Part shown: piece by piece, positions 11,974 through 26,331 of the stretch
Numbering within the stretch: the stretch's first letter is position 1
Layout of the letters: every line of letters begins with the position of its first letter
From: Escherichia coli
GTDB lineage: Bacteria; Pseudomonadota; Gammaproteobacteria; Enterobacterales; Enterobacteriaceae
DNA: 64,000 nt
Direction: 5' to 3' (one strand)
Assembly (NCBI RefSeq): GCF_013315695.1
Contig: NZ_CP054353.1
Translations under genes and position numbers: made by a program
Notes under the pieces: generated by a model
What the model was told of the DNA's origin: nothing
The model's database searches: none
What the model saw: only the letters and a program-made list of their open reading frames with translations

Positions 11974-12080
11974 CAAATAAGGTCAGCATCCGGCTGGCCT
12001 TAAGATTTTTCTCTTTCCCTTTTCCCTTCCCTCTGCCATTTTTATATTCCTTATGTCGTGATTATAAAAAGGAAACGGCT

Positions 12081-13121
12081 ATGCAATATCACCGTATACC
12101 CCACAGTTCGCTGGAAGTCAGCACGCTGGGGCTTGGCACGATGACGTTTGGTGAACAGAACAGCGAAGCCGACGCCCACGCACAACTCGACTATGCCGTC
12201 GCTCAGGGCATTAACCTTATCGATGTTGCCGAAATGTACCCAGTACCTCCGCGCCCCGAAACGCAAGGGCTAACCGAAACCTACGTCGGCAACTGGCTGG
12301 CGAAACATGGCAGCCGCGAAAAGTTAATTATCGCCTCCAAAGTGAGCGGACCGTCGCGCAATAATGACAAAGGCATCCGCCCGGATCAGGCGCTGGATCG
12401 GAAGAATATCCGCGAAGCGCTGCATGACAGCCTCAAGCGTCTGCAGACTGATTACCTCGATCTCTATCAGGTGCACTGGCCGCAGCGTCCAACCAACTGC
12501 TTCGGCAAACTCGGTTATAGCTGGACAGATTCTGCGCCTGCGGTTTCGCTGCTGGATACGCTGGACGCACTGGCAGAGTACCAACGCGCGGGAAAAATTC
12601 GTTATATCGGCGTGTCGAACGAAACTGCATTTGGCGTAATGCGCTACCTGCATCTGGCGGACAAACACGATCTGCCGCGTATTGTCACCATTCAGAACCC
12701 CTACAGCCTGTTAAACCGCAGTTTTGAAGTAGGTCTGGCAGAAGTCAGCCAGTATGAAGGGGTCGAACTGCTGGCCTATTCGTGCCTGGGTTTCGGCACA
12801 CTGACCGGGAAATATCTCAATGGTGCAAAACCCGCTGGCGCACGTAATACGCTCTTTAGTCGGTTCACCCGCTATAGCGGTGAGCAAACGCAAAAAGCCG
12901 TCGCGGCGTATGTTGATATCGCCAGACGTCATGGCCTGGACCCTGCTCAGATGGCGCTCGCATTTGTACGCCGTCAACCGTTTGTTGCCAGCACTCTGCT
13001 GGGCGCAACCACGATGGAGCAGTTGAAAACTAACGTCGAAAGTTTGCATCTGGAGTTGAGCGAAGACGTATTAGCTGAAATTGAAGCGGTGCATCAGGTT
13101 TACACTTATCCGGCACCATAA
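12081..13121 (+). CDS. tas: NADP(H)-dependent aldo-keto reductase Tas
   Basis: 346-aa ORF with aldo-keto reductase features; synteny. Confidence 0.95.
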   Translation: MQYHRIPHSSLEVSTLGLGTMTFGEQNSEADAHAQLDYAVAQGINLIDVAEMYPVPPRPETQGLTETYVGNWLAKHGSREKLIIASKVSGPSRNNDKGIRPDQALDRKNIREALHDSLKRLQTDYLDLYQVHWPQRPTNCFGKLGYSWTDSAPAVSLLDTLDALAEYQRAGKIRYIGVSNETAFGVMRYLHLADKHDLPRIVTIQNPYSLLNRSFEVGLAEVSQYEGVELLAYSCLGFGTLTGKYLNGAKPAGARNTLFSRFTRYSGEQTQKAVAAYVDIARRHGLDPAQMALAFVRRQPFVASTLLGATTMEQLKTNVESLHLELSEDVLAEIEAVHQVYTYPAP

Positions 13122-13152
13122 GATTAACGCCGGTTAAAACCGGCGTTAAATA
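13122..13152. terminator. GC-rich hairpin between convergent tas and lplT (putative bidirectional terminator)
   Basis: Inverted repeat aacgccggtt / aaccggcgtt at 13126-13147. Confidence 0.5.
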
Positions 13153-16519
<3,367 letters not shown>

Positions 16520-16585
16520 TCAGTAAAAGCGAATGGAGGGAGATTACACGAGATAAAGAACGCGAGCGACAGTAAATTAGGTGCG

Positions 16586-16673
16586 AAAAAAAACCTGCGC
16601 ATCCGCGCAGGTTGGTGCAAGAGACAGGGTACGAAGAGCGTACCGAATAATCTCACCAATCAATACCTCTGGG
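16586..16673 (-). ncRNA. omrA: OmrA small regulatory RNA (Hfq-dependent, OmpR-regulated)
   Basis: Reverse complement reads cccagaggtattgattggtgagattattcggtacgctcttcgtaccctgtctcttgcaccaacctgcgcggatgcgcaggtttttttt, matching the recalled OmrA sequence with its terminator hairpin and U-tract; located between aas and galR. Confidence 0.9.
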
Positions 16674-16787
16674 ATCTTGATTGTGGTCTGCACAACGACT
16701 CTTCGCCAGCGAGAAAACGCAAAGGAATGAAGGGAAATGCAACGAGGTGTGTAAATTGTCGGTTACTGTTACAGATTGATGACCGGC

Positions 16788-16870
16788 AAAAAAAAACCTG
16801 CGCATCTGCGCAGGCTGGTGTAATTCATGTGCTCAACCCGAAGTTGACTTCACCTATCAATACCTCTGGG
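16788..16870 (-). ncRNA. omrB: OmrB small regulatory RNA
   Basis: Reverse complement cccagaggtattgataggtgaagtcaacttcgggttgagcacatgaattacaccagcctgcgcagatgcgcaggttttttttt; shares 5-prime and 3-prime ends with OmrA, tandem arrangement. Confidence 0.9.
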
Positions 16871-17083
16871 ATCACCACTTTAGCAACCTGAAGCCAAACG
16901 CCACCAGCGGTCAATCGCAACAGCGTTTCGCAAAGTGTAACCAAAGGTTTGCAATCTCTTTTTTTGTCTTACTTATTTGCGTTTGGCTCACATTCCCACG
17001 ATGAAAACACGCCCCCCCTTGAACCAACGGGCGTTTTCCGTAACACTGAAAGAATGTAAGCGTTTACCCACTAAGGTATTTTC

Positions 17084-18115
17084 ATGGCGACCATAAAGGA
17101 TGTAGCCCGACTGGCAGGCGTTTCAGTCGCCACCGTTTCCCGCGTCATTAATAATTCACCCAAAGCCAGCGAAGCTTCCCGGCTTGCTGTGCATAGTGCA
17201 ATGGAGTCTCTTAGCTATCACCCGAACGCCAACGCCCGTGCGCTGGCGCAGCAGACCACTGAAACGGTCGGTCTGGTCGTTGGTGATGTTTCCGATCCGT
17301 TTTTCGGTGCAATGGTGAAAGCGGTCGAACAGGTGGCTTATCACACTGGTAATTTTTTATTGATTGGCAACGGTTACCACAACGAACAAAAAGAGCGTCA
17401 GGCCATTGAGCAACTGATCCGCCATCGCTGTGCTGCGCTGGTTGTCCATGCCAAAATGATCCCGGATGCCGATTTAGCCTCATTAATGAAACAAATGCCC
17501 GGTATGGTGCTGATCAACCGTATCCTGCCTGGCTTTGAAAACCGTTGTATTGCTCTGGACGATCGTTACGGTGCCTGGCTGGCAACGCGTCATTTAATTC
17601 AGCAAGGTCATACCCGCATTGGTTATCTGTGCTCTAACCACTCTATTTCTGACGCCGAAGATCGTCTGCAAGGGTATTACGATGCCCTTGCTGAAAGTGG
17701 TATTCCGACCAATGATCGGCTGGTGACATTTGGCGAACCAGACGAAAGCGGCGGTGAACAGGCAATGACCGAGCTTTTGGGACGAGGAAGAAATTTCACT
17801 GCGGTAGCCTGTTATAACGATTCAATGGCGGCGGGCGCGATGGGCGTTCTCAATGATAATGGTATTGATGTACCGGGTGAGATTTCGTTAATTGGCTTTG
17901 ATGATGTGCTGGTGTCACGCTATGTGCGTCCGCGCCTGACCACCGTGCGTTACCCAATCGTGACGATGGCGACCCAGGCTGCCGAACTGGCTTTGGCGCT
18001 GGCGGATAATCGCCCTCTCCCGGAAATCACTAATGTCTTTAGTCCGACGCTGGTACGTCGCCATTCAGTGTCAACTCCGTCGCTGGAGGCAAGTCATCAT
18101 GCAACCAGCGACTAA
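17084..18115 (+). CDS. galR: galactose operon repressor (LacI family)
   Basis: 343-aa ORF beginning MATIKDVARLAGVSVATVSRVINNSPKASEASR (LacI-type HTH). Confidence 0.95.
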   Translation: MATIKDVARLAGVSVATVSRVINNSPKASEASRLAVHSAMESLSYHPNANARALAQQTTETVGLVVGDVSDPFFGAMVKAVEQVAYHTGNFLLIGNGYHNEQKERQAIEQLIRHRCAALVVHAKMIPDADLASLMKQMPGMVLINRILPGFENRCIALDDRYGAWLATRHLIQQGHTRIGYLCSNHSISDAEDRLQGYYDALAESGIPTNDRLVTFGEPDESGGEQAMTELLGRGRNFTAVACYNDSMAAGAMGVLNDNGIDVPGEISLIGFDDVLVSRYVRPRLTTVRYPIVTMATQAAELALALADNRPLPEITNVFSPTLVRRHSVSTPSLEASHHATSD

Positions 18116-18121
18116 CCGCAG

Positions 18122-19384
18122 TTAAAGCAATTCCAGCGCCAGTAATTCTTCAATGGTCTGGCGACGGCGAATCAACCGCGCCTGACCATTATCAAACAGA
18201 ACTTCTGGTAACAGCGGACGACTGTTGTAGTTGGATGACATTGATGCGCCATATGCCCCCGTATCATGCAGTACCAGATAATCACCCGCCTTCACTTCCG
18301 GTAAGACGCGGGTTTCAACATTTCCCCCTTCTTGCTGGGTAAAGACATCGCCCGATTCACATAACGGCCCGGCGACGACGGTTTCCACCGTTGGCGCGTA
18401 TTCCAGAGAACGACCATCAGCTGCCAGGGCACTGATATGGTGGTAACTGCCGTACATTGCCGGGCGCATCAGATCGTTAAACCCGGCATCAACCAGCACA
18501 AAGTGGCGGCTACCCATTTGTTTGACGCTCCGCACCTGAGTAATTAACACGCCAGACTGCGCTACCAGGAAGCGACCCGGTTCAATTTCCAGTTTCACAG
18601 GGTGGCCCAAATGGCGGGCGATTTGCTCACGCGCGGCATTCCACAGACCATAATAATGTTCGGTATCAACCGCCTCTTCACCCTGTTGATAAGGAATAGA
18701 AAGCCCACCACCCGCAGAAATAGCCTGTAAATCCTGACCGAATTCGAGGACCTGACGCACCATAGCACCACACACTTGCTCCAGATGGGCATAATCAACG
18801 CCAGAACCAATGTGCATGTGAATGCCGACCAGCTGCAGATGATGACGTTGTATCACGTCCAGTGCGGCGGGCAGATCGGTGTACCAGATACCGTGCTTGC
18901 TGTTTTCGCCACCGGTATTGGTTTTTTGGCTATGTCCGTGACCAAACCCCGGATTAACGCGCAGCCATACCCGATGCCCTGGCGAAACCTGGCCCAGTTG
19001 GTCGAGCATATCAACAGAACCCGCATTCACCGGAATTTGCAATTCACTGACGCGTTCAAGCGTCGCCTGATCGATAACATCTGCCGTAAAAACAATATCA
19101 TCGGGGTGCGTTTGCGGATTGTAACCCGCCGCCAACGCACGCTCTATTTCGCCTAACGAGACGGAATCCACTTTCACGCCCTGCTCACGCATTAAGCGCA
19201 AAATATGAATATTGGAACAGGCTTTCTGTGCGAAGCGCACCACATCAAACTGTTTCAGCGCTGCAATCTGCCGACGAATAATTTGCGCATCGTAGACCCA
19301 CACCGGGCAGCCAAATTCTGCGGGCAAACGCAGCAGATTTTCGGCGGTGAGATCGGTATCAGTGCTGAACAGTGAATGTGGCAT
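18122..19384 (-). CDS. lysA: diaminopimelate decarboxylase
   Basis: 420-aa ORF, PLP-dependent decarboxylase; divergent from lysR. Confidence 0.95.
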   Translation of the reverse strand: MPHSLFSTDTDLTAENLLRLPAEFGCPVWVYDAQIIRRQIAALKQFDVVRFAQKACSNIHILRLMREQGVKVDSVSLGEIERALAAGYNPQTHPDDIVFTADVIDQATLERVSELQIPVNAGSVDMLDQLGQVSPGHRVWLRVNPGFGHGHSQKTNTGGENSKHGIWYTDLPAALDVIQRHHLQLVGIHMHIGSGVDYAHLEQVCGAMVRQVLEFGQDLQAISAGGGLSIPYQQGEEAVDTEHYYGLWNAAREQIARHLGHPVKLEIEPGRFLVAQSGVLITQVRSVKQMGSRHFVLVDAGFNDLMRPAMYGSYHHISALAADGRSLEYAPTVETVVAGPLCESGDVFTQQEGGNVETRVLPEVKAGDYLVLHDTGAYGASMSSNYNSRPLLPEVLFDNGQARLIRRRQTIEELLALELL

Positions 19385-19505
19385 AACAAACTCCAGATAA
19401 GTGCTTTTTTATGATTACGCCACATCATAAAAAGAATAAAAAATATCGATTTATGTCGAGTCTATGCAAAAATGATATGGATTACCGGATTGCGAGAGAG
19501 CGCTA

Positions 19506-20441
19506 ATGGCCGCCGTTAACTTACGTCATATTGAAATTTTTCATGCGGTAATGACCGCCGGAAGTCTGACTGAGGCGGCACACCTGCTACACACCTCACA
19601 GCCAACCGTCAGCCGCGAACTGGCGCGCTTTGAGAAGGTGATCGGGCTGAAATTGTTTGAGCGCATACGTGGGCGATTACATCCTACCGTGCAAGGACTG
19701 CGTCTGTTTGAAGAAGTGCAACGATCCTGGTACGGACTGGATCGCATTGTCAGTGCCGCAGAAAGTCTGCGCGAGTTTCGCCAGGGAGAACTGTCTATTG
19801 CCTGCCTGCCGGTCTTTTCGCAATCTTTTTTACCGCAGCTCCTGCAACCCTTTCTGGCACGTTATCCCGATGTCAGCTTAAATATCGTGCCCCAGGAATC
19901 ACCGCTACTTGAAGAGTGGCTCTCGGCCCAGCGTCATGATTTAGGACTCACTGAAACGCTCCATACGCCTGCGGGAACAGAACGTACCGAATTACTCTCT
20001 TTAGATGAAGTGTGTGTGTTACCTCCGGGCCATCCGCTGGCGGTAAAAAAGGTATTAACGCCGGATGATTTTCACGGTGAAAACTACATCAGCCTTTCCC
20101 GTACTGACAGCTATCGCCAGTTGCTGGATCAATTGTTTACTGAGAATCAGGTTAAACGACGCATGATCGTAGAAACCCACAGCGCCGCGTCAGTCTGCGC
20201 AATGGTACGGGCGGGGGTAGGCGTTTCGGTGGTTAACCCGCTCACCGCACTGGATTATGCGGCAAGCGGTTTAGTGGTGCGGCGGTTCAGCATTGCGGTT
20301 CCATTCACCGTCAGCCTGATCCGCCCCCTGCACCGCCCGTCATCAGCGCTGGTGCAGGCGTTTAGTGAGCATTTACAAGCGGGATTACCGAAACTGGTCA
20401 CTTCTCTTGACGCTATTTTGTCGTCAGCTACGACAGCATAA
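19506..20441 (+). CDS. lysR: LysR-type transcriptional activator of lysA
   Basis: 311-aa ORF with LysR-family HTH N-terminus, divergent from lysA. Confidence 0.95.
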
Positions 20442-21120
20442 AAGCGACAGCATCCTCGGCATGGATCGCCGCGGTATCAAACACAGGCAGAACACTGCGC
20501 TCTTCTGGCACCAGTAAACCAATTTCTGTGCAGCCAAAAATGACGCCCTGTGCGCCCTGTTCTGCAAGGCGAGCAATCACTTGCGCATAATAAGCGCGTG
20601 ATGCTTCGGTAAATTGCCCCAGACACAGTTCTTCAAAAATAATCTGATTAATTTTCGCCCGTTCATCCGCTTCAGGAATAAGACAGTTGATGGAAAATTG
20701 TTCCGTCAGCCGCCCGCGATAAAAATCCTGTTCCATGGTGTAACGCGTACCCAGCAGCGCCACACGAGTCATTCCTGCCCCGGTAATTGCACGTCCAGTG
20801 GCATCCGCTATATGTAAGAAAGGCAGAGAGCAACGAGACTCAATGGCATCCGCCACTTTGTGCATCGTATTGGTACATAACACAATGCCTTCTGCGCCCG
20901 CCCGCTGTAAGCCAAGCGCCGCCTCAGCCAGAATATCCCCGGTTTTGTCCCACTCACCGCGACGCTGGCACTCTTCTATTTCATGAAAATCGACGCTATG
21001 TAGCAGCACTTGCGCAGAGTGAAGCCCACCAAGCCGCTGTTTAATGCCTTCATTTATCAGACGATAGTAAGGAATAGTGGATTCCCAGCTCATTCCTCCC
21101 AGCAAACCAATTGTTTTCAT
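20428..21120 (-). CDS. ygeA: Asp/Glu/hydantoin-type amino-acid racemase
   Basis: 230-aa ORF ([19 protein letters not shown]...); synteny. Confidence 0.9.
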
Positions 21121-21248
21121 TCCTCTCTCCTGATGTGTGTTACCGCAACAAGGCTGAATAAGGAACGAGACAAACGCCTCAACGGCCAGGTGCCTAATCT
21201 CTATTAACGAAAAAAGGGCCGGATGTACAGCACATCCGGCCCGTGAAA

Positions 21249-22667
21249 TCAGACGCCGATATTTCTCAACTTTTCGCCTGCCATCAGTTTGCGCTCGATA
21301 TGTTCCAGCGTGACATTTTTGGTTTCCGGAATGAGCCAGAAAGTAATGCCCACAAACGCAATGTTCAGCGCAGTGTAGAGCCAGAACGTACCGGCAGCGC
21401 CAATGCTATCAAGCAGTGTCAGGAAGGTCGCGCCGATAATCATATTCGACACCCAGTTTGTCGTCGTCGAACAGGTGATGCCAAAATCGCGGCATTTCAG
21501 CGGCTGAATCTCAGAGCACAGGATCCACACCACTGGCGCGGCGCTCATCGCATAACCGGCAATACACATCATCGTCATGCCAACAGAGAGCCAGGACAAG
21601 CCACTGGAAGCCGTACCGTTATCAAACTGCATCAGGCAATAGCCCAGCACCAGAGTGCCTAACGCCATCACGCTGAAACCAATTTTCAGAGCCGGTTTAC
21701 GCCCTGCTTTATCTACCGTAAAGACCGCAATGAAGGTGGCGAACATAAAGGTCAGCCCCACGACCAGAGTCGCAATCATCTGTTGTTCTGTGGTCGTAAA
21801 GCCCGCCATTTTGAAGATACGCGGCGCGTAGTACATGATGATGTTCATACCGGTAAACTGCTGCATCGCCTGCAACAACATACCGAGAAACACAGCACGA
21901 CGGACGTTACGGTTGATCTTAAACAGTGCCCAACCGCCCTGTTTTAACTTCAGGCTTTCACGAATTTCGTTGAGTTCTTCTCGCGCTTTTTCCGACGTAT
22001 CGCGCAGCATACGCAATACTTCTTCCGCCTCAATATGACGCCCCTTTTCCGCCAGCCAGCGCGGGCTATTTGGCAGGAAGACCACCAGAATAATCAGCAG
22101 AACTGCTGGTAAAGCAAGAACCCCCAACATTGCGCGCCAGTTACCGCTATAACTGAACGCTGTATCGGATAAAAACGCCAGCACGATGCCGAGAGTGACC
22201 ATCAACTGGTACATGCTGATCATCTTACCGCGAACGTTTTCACTTGCCATTTCAGAAAGATACAGAGGAGCGGTGTAAGACGCGATCCCGACAGCAATGC
22301 CCAACACCACACGAGCGGCGATTAACATCTCTACGCTGGTCGCAAAAGCGGACCCTATCGAACCGAGTACAAACAGGATGGCCCCCGCCATCAGGCTGTA
22401 TTTACGCCCCAGGCGGAACGACAGCCAACCATTAAACAGCGCACCAATTGCTGCGCCGAGCATCATGCTACTGACCACCCATTCCTGCAAACGACTGGTC
22501 AGTACAAAGTGATCGGTAATGAACGGCAACGCTCCGGCGATTACGCCGATATCAAGACCAAATAACAATCCTGCGACCGCAGCAGCTACCGAAACAAACA
22601 TATTCATACGCCGCGTATCCCGCAAAGAACGTGGCGTTAAAGCAGATTCCGTATTGATAGTAACCAT
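21249..22667 (-). CDS. araE: arabinose:H+ symporter (MFS)
   Basis: Track ORF 21249..22796 trimmed to [42 protein letters not shown]..., 472 aa, sugar porter. Confidence 0.93.
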
Positions 22668-22739
22668 TTTTTCCTGCCAGCAGAGAGTAAGACATAGTGA
22701 AAAAATACGTGAACAATTCACACAGGTGTCAGGTCGGAA

Positions 22740-22920
22740 ATAGCATAAATATGGATTAAATTGCTGCGACATGTCGTTATGTGATGGATATTCCAATTTT
22801 CAAATTAAGTTGAATTATTGAGATTATTATTAACCAACTAATTTTAAAGCAGATAAAATTCATAAAGTTCACTAATTGATAATTGATATGGATTATTTCA
22901 TAACCATGATATGGATTATG
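22740..22920. promoter_or_regulatory. araE upstream region containing repeated TATGGAT-type motifs (candidate AraC half-sites)
   Basis: Four copies of (a/g)atatggat(t/a)a at about 22748, 22782, 22884 and 22907; the last two (tgatatggattat) are a 13-bp direct repeat spaced 23 bp apart; motif resembles the reverse complement of the AraC half-site TAGCATTTTTATCCATA. Confidence 0.4.
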
Positions 22921-22933
22921 ATGATCTGCAGGT

Positions 22934-22960
22934 ATAAAAAACCCTGCCATGCGGCAGGGT
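22934..22960 (-). terminator. rho-independent terminator downstream of kduD
   Basis: Hairpin accctgcc/ggcagggt preceded on the plus strand by an A-run (a U-tract on the minus-strand transcript). Confidence 0.6.
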
Positions 22961-22981
22961 CATAAAAGTAAGAAGAATGGA

Positions 22982-23743
22982 TTAACGAGCCAGCCAACCG
23001 CCATCCACGGCAATGGTATAACCATTCACATAATCTGAAGCACTGGAGGCAAGAAACACTACCGGCCCCATCAGGTCACTCGGCAGTCCCCAACGGCCAG
23101 CTGGAATGCGGTCGAGAATTTCCGCGCTACGTTGTTCATCTGCCCGTAGTTGTTGAGTATTGTTGGTCGCCATGTAACCCGGAGCTATCGCATTAACATT
23201 AATGTTGTGTTTAGCCCATTCATTCGCCATCAATCGCGTCACGCCCATCACGCCGCTTTTTGATGCGGTATAAGAAGGCACACGGATCCCGCCCTGGAAG
23301 GAGAGCATTGACGCGATATTGATAATCTTGCCGCCATTGCCTTGCGCGATAAAGTGTTTCGCCGCTGCCTGAGACATGAAGAATACGCTCTTGATATTCA
23401 GGTTCATGACATCGTCCCAGTCTTTTTCGCTGAACTCGAGAGCATCTTCGCGGCGAATCAATCCGGCGTTATTCACCAGGATATCAATATGACCAAACTC
23501 AGCTACCGCGCGATCCAGCAGTGCTGGAATGCCATCAATCTTTCGCAGATCGGCGGTCAGGCTTAAAAAACGACGCCCCAGCGCCGTGACCTGCTTGATG
23601 GTTTCAGTCGGTTCAACGATGTTAATGCCAACAATGTCACAGCCCGCTTGCGCCAGCCCCAACGCCATCCCCTGGCCCAGTCCAGTATCACAACCAGTGA
23701 CGACCGCAACTTTACCTTCGAGAGAAAATGCACTTAAAATCAT
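22982..23743 (-). CDS. kduD: 2-dehydro-3-deoxy-D-gluconate 5-dehydrogenase (SDR)
   Basis: 253-aa short-chain dehydrogenase ORF (TGCDTGLGQGMALGLA Rossmann motif). Confidence 0.95.
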   Translation of the reverse strand: MILSAFSLEGKVAVVTGCDTGLGQGMALGLAQAGCDIVGINIVEPTETIKQVTALGRRFLSLTADLRKIDGIPALLDRAVAEFGHIDILVNNAGLIRREDALEFSEKDWDDVMNLNIKSVFFMSQAAAKHFIAQGNGGKIINIASMLSFQGGIRVPSYTASKSGVMGVTRLMANEWAKHNINVNAIAPGYMATNNTQQLRADEQRSAEILDRIPAGRWGLPSDLMGPVVFLASSASDYVNGYTIAVDGGWLAR

Positions 23744-23772
23744 AACAATACCTTATTCGTTTATGCCGACAA

Positions 23773-24609
23773 CTAGCGCAAATCTTTAACGGCCACATGG
23801 TCCATATCATCAAAGACCTGGTTTTCACCGACCATGCCCCAGATAAAGGTATAAGCTTTGGTTCCGACGCCGGAATGGATCGACCAGCTCGGGGAGATCA
23901 CCGCCTGCTCGTTATGCATCACAATGTGACGCGTTTCTTGCGGCTGCCCCATCATGTGGAAAACGCAGGCGTCATCATCCATATTGAAATAGAAATAAAC
24001 TTCCATCCGGCGCTCGTGGGTGTGACACGGCATGGTGTTCCACAAGTTACCCGGAGCCAGCTCCGTCAGCCCCATACTCAATTGGCAGGTTTCCAGCACA
24101 TCCGGGACAAAATATTTGTTAATCGTGCGACGGTTGCTGGTGAGGTTATCGCCTAACGTGACTGGAGATACTTCGTCCGGTGTGACTTTTTTGGTGGGAT
24201 ACGTCGTATGCGCGGGTGCGCAATTGTAATAAAACTTCGCCGGAGTGGCGGTATCAATACTGGCAAAGACAACTTCTTTTGCACCTTTACCAACATACAG
24301 GGCGTCGCGGTGACCGATTTCATAGCATTGACCATCGACAGTAATCGTACCGGCACCGCCAATATTGATAACACCTAACTCGCGACGTTCCAGGAAATAG
24401 CTTACCCCGAGTTGTTTACCAACTTCCCCGCCAACGGAAACCGTTTTAGTTACCGGCATAATGCCGCCAACAATAATACGGTCAATGTGGCTGTAAACCA
24501 TGGTGTACTCATCGGCGACAAATACCTTTTCAACCAAAAATTCATTGCGCAACCCCTGGGTATCCAGCGTTTTTGCATGCGCACTGTGGATGCTCTGTCT
24601 TACGTCCAC
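23773..24609 (-). CDS. kduI: 5-dehydro-4-deoxy-D-glucuronate isomerase
   Basis: 278-aa ORF upstream of kduD; KduI-like cupin. Confidence 0.93.
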
Positions 24610-24895
24610 ATCAACCTCCGATAATCAGTAAAGCGTGAAAATAGAAAACGATAGTGAAACGCTGTTTCGTTTTCTCTATAAGGGGATGATATGCCCACGG
24701 GATAGGGTTTTCAATTAAAAATAAAACAATGTTTCATTTTTAAGGTAAGGACTGAAAAAAGTGCAGTGTCGATCACGAATATGTCATGAGAATGGAAAAA
24801 TCAGGGAGCCCTGAAAATGTATGTCGACTCGCCAGCCACCATTATTCAACAGATTAATGACGGCTGATATTTATCGGTAAGGAGGAAATGCAGAG

Positions 24896-26080
24896 CTATT
24901 CGTCACGTTCAATGGTCAATGCCACGCCCTGGCCCCCGCCGATACAAAGCGTAGCCAGTCCTTTGCGGGCATTACGTTTCACCATTTCATGAACCAGAGA
25001 AACCAGGATTCGGCAACCGGACGCGCCTATTGGGTGACCGAGCGCGATCGCACCACCATTAACATTGACCCGACGCTCATCCCATTCAAGCATCTTGCCA
25101 ACCGAAAGCGCCTGAGCAGCAAACGCTTCATTAGCCTCAATAAGATCGACATCAGCCAACTGCCAGCCGACACGTTCCAGGCAACGGCGTGTCGCATACA
25201 CCGGCGCAATTCCCATTAATGCCGGATCTACACCAACGCTGGCAAATGCGCGAATGCGGGCAAGCACGGGTAAATTCAACGCTCGCGCTTTGGCTTCGCT
25301 CATCATCATTACCGCAGCTGCGCCATCGTTTATGGATGATGCATTACCCGCTGTCACAGAACCGAGACTATCAAATGAAGGATTTAAACGGGCCAAGCCT
25401 TCTGCACTGGCGTCAGTGCGTGGCTGTTCATCGGTATCAACAACCAACGCCTGACCGTTACTTTGGGCCATTACCGGGACGATTTCATCTTTAAATCGTC
25501 CGGCGTCAATCGCCGCTCGCGCTTTTTGTTGCGAGCTAAGTGCGTAAGCATCCTGCAACTGACGGCTGATGCCATATTCGCGAGCCAGATTTTCGGCGGT
25601 GACACCAATATGATAATCATTGAAGGCATCCCACAAGCCGTCATGCACCAGACTATCAACCAACTGGCTATTGCCAAGCTGTGCACCGGTGCGGCTATCA
25701 GTCAGAACATGTGGTGCGCGACTCATGTTTTCCTGACCACCGGCGATGACAATATCAGCCTCGCCACACTGTATCGCCTGAGTAGCCAGATGCAGTGCTT
25801 TAAGCCCGGAACCACAAACGTCATTAATAGTGATTGCAGAAACGCTATTAGGAAGACCACCTTTAATAGCCGATTGCCTTGCCGGATTCTGCCCTGCCCC
25901 TGCAGTCAACACCTGACCAAGAATTACTTCATCCACCGCATATGCAGGAACGCCGGTACGTTCTATTAACGCTTTCACGACCAGACTACCAAGTTCCACA
26001 GCGGAATGACCCGCTAACGCACCACGAAAGCAGCCGATAGGTGTCCGTAACGCCCCGACAATCACAACGTCTTTCATCAC
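24896..26080 (-). CDS. yqeF: acetyl-CoA C-acetyltransferase (thiolase II)
   Basis: 394-aa thiolase ORF (MKDVVIVGALRTPIG...). Confidence 0.93.
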   Translation of the reverse strand: MMKDVVIVGALRTPIGCFRGALAGHSAVELGSLVVKALIERTGVPAYAVDEVILGQVLTAGAGQNPARQSAIKGGLPNSVSAITINDVCGSGLKALHLATQAIQCGEADIVIAGGQENMSRAPHVLTDSRTGAQLGNSQLVDSLVHDGLWDAFNDYHIGVTAENLAREYGISRQLQDAYALSSQQKARAAIDAGRFKDEIVPVMAQSNGQALVVDTDEQPRTDASAEGLARLNPSFDSLGSVTAGNASSINDGAAAVMMMSEAKARALNLPVLARIRAFASVGVDPALMGIAPVYATRRCLERVGWQLADVDLIEANEAFAAQALSVGKMLEWDERRVNVNGGAIALGHPIGASGCRILVSLVHEMVKRNARKGLATLCIGGGQGVALTIERDE

Positions 26081-26331
26081 AACCTCGCACCAATTAACAG
26101 TGCAATAGTAAATGATTGTTAATTACAGTTATCTTAATTGTTTAAAAAAAGTGACTATTATCACAAAGGAAATACGCCTGAGTAGCAGTCAGAGACATAA
26201 CTGGCACGTAAGGTTTGCAACCACTAACCCACCAATAGAGGGGTAGAAAGGGCGTTAATCTCCCATACTTAACCTGGTTTATGGTAAATTGCCCTCCATT
26301 TTGTTTAATTTGTAGATGATACGTTCAGATA

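Noticed and set aside
16580-16880. Direct repeats with internal palindromes that could suggest a CRISPR-like array
   Set aside because: Only two units, each matching the OmrA/OmrB sRNA genes with their own terminators; no repeat-spacer periodicity and no cas genes nearby.
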